From positions 2,688,001-2,752,000 of the forward strand of contig CAWIIB010000009.1 in the NCBI GenBank assembly GCA_963836075.1: a stretch of DNA of 64,000 bases, in the 5' to 3' direction. The notes under the pieces are model-generated. The model searched no databases, had not been told where the DNA came from, and was given only the letters and a program-made list of their open reading frames with translations. Below are positions 59,803 through 64,000 of the stretch, in pieces. A program made the translations under genes and the position numbers. Numbering within the stretch: the first letter of the stretch is position 1; every line of letters begins with the position of its first letter. Origin of the DNA: an uncultured Acidobacteriota bacterium. Its GTDB lineage: Bacteria; Acidobacteriota; JAQAZP01.

Positions 59803-60735
59803 ATGGCGGAAGCGAGGAAAGTGATCATCATCGGATCCGGTCCGGCCGGGTACACGGCAGCCATTTACACCGCCCGGGCCCGTCTGGAGCCGCTGCTGCT
59901 GGAGGGCCAGCAGCCCGGCGGCCAGCTGACCATCACCTCGGAGGTGGAAAACTACCCCGGGTACGCCGAGGGCATCCAGGGCCCGGAGATGATGGATATC
60001 TTCAAGGCCCAGGCCGCCCGTTTCGAGACCGACATCCGCACCGAGATCGTCGAGGAGGTGGACCTATCCTCCCGGCCCTTCAAGGTGCAGAGCGACCGGA
60101 GCGAGTACACCGCCGAAGCGCTGATCATCTGCACCGGGGCTTCGGCCATGCTGCTGGGGCTGGAGAACGAATCGAAGCTGATGGGCTCCGGCGTCTCCGC
60201 CTGCGCCACCTGTGACGGTTTCTTCTTCCGCGAGAAGGAGATCGCCGTGGTGGGCGGCGGCGACACCGCCATGGAGGAGGCCGATTTCCTCACCCGCTTC
60301 GCCTCCAAGGTCACCGTGATCCACCGCCGGGACGAGCTGCGGGCTTCAAAGATCATGCAGGAGCGCGCCTTCAAGAACCCCAAGATCGAGTTTCGCTGGA
60401 ACGCCACGGTGGAGGACATTCTGGGCAGCGTGGAGGACGGGGTGCATGCCCTGGTGCTCAAGGACACCAAGACCGGTGAAACCTCGGAATTCGCCTGCGA
60501 AGGGCTGTTCATCGGCATCGGCCACAAGCCGAACACCGCGGTGTTCAAGGGCAAGCTGGAGATGGATGAGTCGGGCTACCTGCTGGTGACCCCCGGACGG
60601 ACCGACACCTCGGTGGAGGGCGTCTTTGCCGGCGGCGACGTCTCCGACCACCGCTATCGCCAGGCGGTGACCGCGGCCGGCATGGGCTGTATGGCGGCGC
60701 TGGACGCCGAGAAGTTTCTTGCTGCGCTGGAATAG
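59803..60735 (+). CDS. trxB: thioredoxin reductase
   Basis: [41 protein letters not shown]. Confidence 0.97.
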   Translation: MAEARKVIIIGSGPAGYTAAIYTARARLEPLLLEGQQPGGQLTITSEVENYPGYAEGIQGPEMMDIFKAQAARFETDIRTEIVEEVDLSSRPFKVQSDRSEYTAEALIICTGASAMLLGLENESKLMGSGVSACATCDGFFFREKEIAVVGGGDTAMEEADFLTRFASKVTVIHRRDELRASKIMQERAFKNPKIEFRWNATVEDILGSVEDGVHALVLKDTKTGETSEFACEGLFIGIGHKPNTAVFKGKLEMDESGYLLVTPGRTDTSVEGVFAGGDVSDHRYRQAVTAAGMGCMAALDAEKFLAALE

Positions 60736-60747
60736 ACCGGTGAGTTC

Positions 60748-62160
60748 ATGAGTCGGTTCTTTCCAGTGAGGTGCCAGGCAGCAGCTTTTATCAACAGGTT
60801 GCTGCCGCTGCTTCTTCTTCTGCTCCTGCTGGCCGGCCGCACCGCCTGCGGCCCCGCGGCCGAACCACCGAGCCTGGTGCTGATCTCCCTGGACACCCTG
60901 CGGGCCGACCGTCTGGGGTGTTACGGCTACCAGCGGGACACCTCGCCTACCCTGGACCGTCTTGCCGGTGAAGCGGTGCTCTTCGAATATGCGGTGAGCC
61001 AGGCCAACGAGACCGTTCGTTCCCACCGCTCGCTGCTCACCTCGGCCTATCCCGCTGAGGCCATGGCCCGCCGGGACCGGGTGATGCTGGCCACCCGGCT
61101 GCGCGAGGCCGGATTTGCCACCGGCGCCTTCACTGACGGTGGACCGATGTCCAAGGACTTCGGTTTCCACCAGGGCTTCGACCAGTTCGAGGAGTGGGGC
61201 AACGGTCTCGACCTCAAGCGCAACCAGGCGTTGAAATGGCTGGACAGTCTTCCCCATGGCCGGCGCTTCTTCCTTTTTGTCCACTGCTTCGACATCCATG
61301 CCCCTTACGCGCCGCCGCCGGCCTACCGCGAGATCTTCGGCAAGGGGAACCCCAGCCGTATCGAGCCGAAGCAGACGGCGGAGATCGGGCGCCGGATCCG
61401 CAACATCCTCTCCGAGGACCAGGGGGCGGTGACAGGGGAGAGGCTGGAACTGAGCAGGGACGACCGGCTCCGGATGAGCGATCTCTACGATTGCGGCATT
61501 CGCTACACCGACGAAATGCTTGACCAGTTGTTGCGGGATCTCGACTCCCGTGGTCTGCTGGAGAACACCATCATCGTGGTGCTCTCCGATCACGGGGAGG
61601 AGTTCTGGGACCACGGGTCGGTACTGCACGGCCACACGCTCTACCAGGAGATGACCCACGTGCCGCTGATCGTCCGGGTGCCCGGGCTCCCGGCCCGGCG
61701 GGTTGCGGAACCGGTGGCCCTGATCGATCTTCAGCCCACACTGCTCGAGCTGCTGGGGGTGGATGCTGCCGGAGACGCCAAGGGCGTATCCCTGGCGCCG
61801 CTGCTCCGCGGCGAGGCCGCTGCCCGGGGCGGGGGGCCGCTGATCAGCGAAGGGATGGAACCGGGTCACTATTCGGTGATCGAGCAAGGCTTCAAACTGA
61901 TCCGACGCCCCGATCGCCAGCTCTACGAGTTGTATGACCTGGAAGCTGATCCGGATGAAAAGGTAGACATCGCCTGGCGGGAGCCGGACCGGGTGGCCCG
62001 GATGAGCCAGGTGATGCGGAGCCACCACGAGGCTCTGCTGGCCCTGCCGCGGCCCGGCTCGCCCAAGGCCCCGCCGCCGGGTGAGCAGTTGGACCCGCGC
62101 ACCGTGGACCGGCTGCGGGAACTGGGCTACCTCGAGCCGGAGCCGGGCGAAACACCCTGA
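60748..62160 (+). CDS. sulfatase-like (alkaline phosphatase superfamily) lipoprotein
   Basis: SLDTLRAD, FDIHAPY, YD..IRYTD, SDHGEEF, HGHTLYQE, ELYDL..DPDE, LRELGY. Confidence 0.88.
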   Translation: MSRFFPVRCQAAAFINRLLPLLLLLLLLAGRTACGPAAEPPSLVLISLDTLRADRLGCYGYQRDTSPTLDRLAGEAVLFEYAVSQANETVRSHRSLLTSAYPAEAMARRDRVMLATRLREAGFATGAFTDGGPMSKDFGFHQGFDQFEEWGNGLDLKRNQALKWLDSLPHGRRFFLFVHCFDIHAPYAPPPAYREIFGKGNPSRIEPKQTAEIGRRIRNILSEDQGAVTGERLELSRDDRLRMSDLYDCGIRYTDEMLDQLLRDLDSRGLLENTIIVVLSDHGEEFWDHGSVLHGHTLYQEMTHVPLIVRVPGLPARRVAEPVALIDLQPTLLELLGVDAAGDAKGVSLAPLLRGEAAARGGGPLISEGMEPGHYSVIEQGFKLIRRPDRQLYELYDLEADPDEKVDIAWREPDRVARMSQVMRSHHEALLALPRPGSPKAPPPGEQLDPRTVDRLRELGYLEPEPGETP

Positions 62161-62161
62161 T

Positions 62162-63115
62162 TCAGATCTTCAGCTGGCCCTGCTCCAGAATGACCCTCCC
62201 GTCGAGGGTCAGGGTGGGCCGGCGGATCAGGCCGTCCAGGTGCAGCGGCACGTCGCAGGTCCCGCCCATGGAGATATTGTTGCCCACCGCGATGTGCGCG
62301 GTGCCGGCCACCTTCTCGTCCTCCAGCAGGTCCCCGCTGATGATGGCGGCATCGTTGGTCCCCACCCCCAGCTCGGCCACGTTCATCGCCTTCTGGCCGT
62401 AGGGGCTGAGCAGTGCCTTCAGTTTGCGCGCTTCGGCGCCGCCGCTGATCCCGGTGACGAACCCCTCGCGCACCTGGAAGCGGATCGGCGTCTTCACCAC
62501 ACCCACCCCGGCCATGGAGCCGTCCACCACGAAGGTGCCTTCGGCGGTCCCCTCGTCGGGGGAGAGGTAGGCCTCGCCCGAGGGCAGGTTGCCGAACTCC
62601 CCCGGCTGGCGGATCAGGCCGGTGGAGGCGATGGCGCTCATGGTTTTGATGGCCAGCGTGATGTCGGTGCCCGCCGGCGAGGTGAGGTGCGCCTGGCCGG
62701 CCCGGTCCAGGGCCGCGGCCACCCGGTGGGTCCGCTCGGCGATGGCCTCGTAGTCGGCGGTGAGGGTGCGGACCATCATCTCCTCGGTGACCCCGGGGAG
62801 AGTGGCCACCCGGGTGCCCGCCTCACAGGCGGTGCGCCGGGCGGCGGTGTGGGTCAGCGATTTGGAGGTGGGGCAGACCACCACGTCGGCGGCCTTCATC
62901 GCTTCCAGCACCAGGGCGGGCGGTTCGTCGCCGTGGGCCCGGCGGGGCGCCATCTCGATCAGCATCGCTTCGGCGCCGAGGATCCGCCCCTCCTCCCAGA
63001 AAGCGTAGGCGATGCGCCTCAGCGGCTCGTCGGTGATCACCAGCAGGCTCTCACCCGGACGGAGGGCGAGGCAGCTTTCCAGCGCGGTGCGCGCGGCGTT
63101 CTGGAGCGGTGTCAT
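62162..63115 (-). CDS. M29 thermophilic-type aminopeptidase
   Basis: GNLPSGE, AELGVGTN, EDEKVAGTAHIAVG, HLD. Confidence 0.88.
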   Translation of the reverse strand: MTPLQNAARTALESCLALRPGESLLVITDEPLRRIAYAFWEEGRILGAEAMLIEMAPRRAHGDEPPALVLEAMKAADVVVCPTSKSLTHTAARRTACEAGTRVATLPGVTEEMMVRTLTADYEAIAERTHRVAAALDRAGQAHLTSPAGTDITLAIKTMSAIASTGLIRQPGEFGNLPSGEAYLSPDEGTAEGTFVVDGSMAGVGVVKTPIRFQVREGFVTGISGGAEARKLKALLSPYGQKAMNVAELGVGTNDAAIISGDLLEDEKVAGTAHIAVGNNISMGGTCDVPLHLDGLIRRPTLTLDGRVILEQGQLKI

Positions 63116-63411
63116 GTCCGGTTCTCCTAATGTTCATGAGAGGTCTACCCCTCGAAAAAGTAGTACGTATATATCCACCACCGCCCCGGTCCGGGGCGGC
63201 TCGTCAACATTTGTATGAGCGTATTATAACAGCTTGTCCGGGCAGTCCGCCAAGGTGCCTGCGGGCTGCCGCTCAGACCACCGCCAGCGTGAGGTGGAGA
63301 TCGCCGGGCCCGTCGGGCGCCGGCCGGCCCAGTCCCTTGATCCGCCGCTCCATTGACCCGGACCGCGGACCGGGGGAAAATGTGGCACGACGGTGACCAG
63401 AAGAGGTGGAA

Positions 63412-64000
63412 ATGGACCTGAAGGATATCGAACGTGCGGTCCGGCTGAGAGAGCCCTGCCTGCGCAGCGAGGGGGTTGAGTTGGTGAGCGCCGTGCTGGT
63501 GCCGCTGATATGGCGGGAAGGGGAGTGGCGGCTGATCTTCGAGATCCGCAACCTGCGGCTCAAGCGGCAGCCCGGCGAGATCTGTTTTCCCGGCGGGGCC
63601 ATCGAACCGGGCGACACCACCCCGCAGGATGCGGCGGTGCGGGAGTGCTGCGAAGAACTGGGCCTCTCGCCGGGTGACGTTTCGGTGATCGCCCCGCTGG
63701 ACCCCTTTGTCAGCGGCTCCTATGTCCTGATCCACCCCTTTATGGGACGTCTCCCCCGGAACCCGGTGCTGACCCCGGACCCGGACGAGATCGAGGAACT
63801 GCTGGAGGTGCCCCTCGACTTCTTCCTTGCCACCCCGCCGGAGATCCACCAGGTGGAAACGGTGCTGCGGCCCTTGCCCGGGTTCCCGCTGGACCGCGTG
63901 CCCGAGGTCTACGGGTCGGACTGGGGCCGCAAACGGTTCTCGGTCTATTTCTACCAGTACGGGGAACACACCATCTGGGGTCTCTCGGCCCGGGTGCTGG
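63412..64000 (+). CDS. Nudix CoA pyrophosphatase family protein (partial, runs off window end)
   Basis: Not in the ORF track. ATG 63412 after GAGGTGG; SAVLVPL, QPGEICFPGG...AAVRECCEELG Nudix box, IWGLSARVL. Confidence 0.88.
   Translation, partial: MDLKDIERAVRLREPCLRSEGVELVSAVLVPLIWREGEWRLIFEIRNLRLKRQPGEICFPGGAIEPGDTTPQDAAVRECCEELGLSPGDVSVIAPLDPFVSGSYVLIHPFMGRLPRNPVLTPDPDEIEELLEVPLDFFLATPPEIHQVETVLRPLPGFPLDRVPEVYGSDWGRKRFSVYFYQYGEHTIWGLSARVL

Noticed and set aside
63181-63199. Palindrome CCGCCCCGG-T-CCGGGGCGG between divergent aminopeptidase and Nudix genes
   Set aside because: Almost all G/C, single occurrence and no U-tract; cannot be distinguished from chance or assigned to a regulator

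Overview
A high-GC (visually about 65-68%) bacterial chromosomal segment with about 45 genes. VWA/Ig-like, TPR/carboxypeptidase-regulatory and FG-GAP proteins plus a lipid A acyltransferase suggest a diderm, plausibly Acidobacteriota-like, genome (inference). Housekeeping genes include pyrF, epmA, glmS, rpsU, a PMM/PGM, pyrH, galT, rqcH and trxB, plus a CzcCBA-type efflux operon. Main results: (1) Two genes that the ORF track splits at an in-frame TGA read as exported selenoproteins: an Omp28/thioredoxin-fold protein with ELFTATW-U-PNC (17602..18705, -) and a signal-peptide-bearing AhpC-type peroxiredoxin with FTFV-U-PTE (29550..30272, -). Both carry the same SECIS-like hairpin, a GGUC tetraloop at +18..+21 after UGA, with compensatory stem changes. 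(2) The first selenoprotein shares an unrecognised ~120-aa C-terminal domain with the convergent FG-GAP protein, a candidate sorting or anchoring domain. (3) An archaeal-type GatD/GatE amidotransferase pair in a bacterium. (4) A Cys-rich metal permease fused to an SPFH domain, in an operon with hflC- and hflK-like genes. (5) A two-subunit Fe-S hydro-lyase with substituted active-site residues. (6) A MITE-like palindrome and a REC-GcvH-like regulator. Five apparent single-base indels look like sequencing or assembly errors. I found no rRNA, complete tRNA, CRISPR array or transposase.
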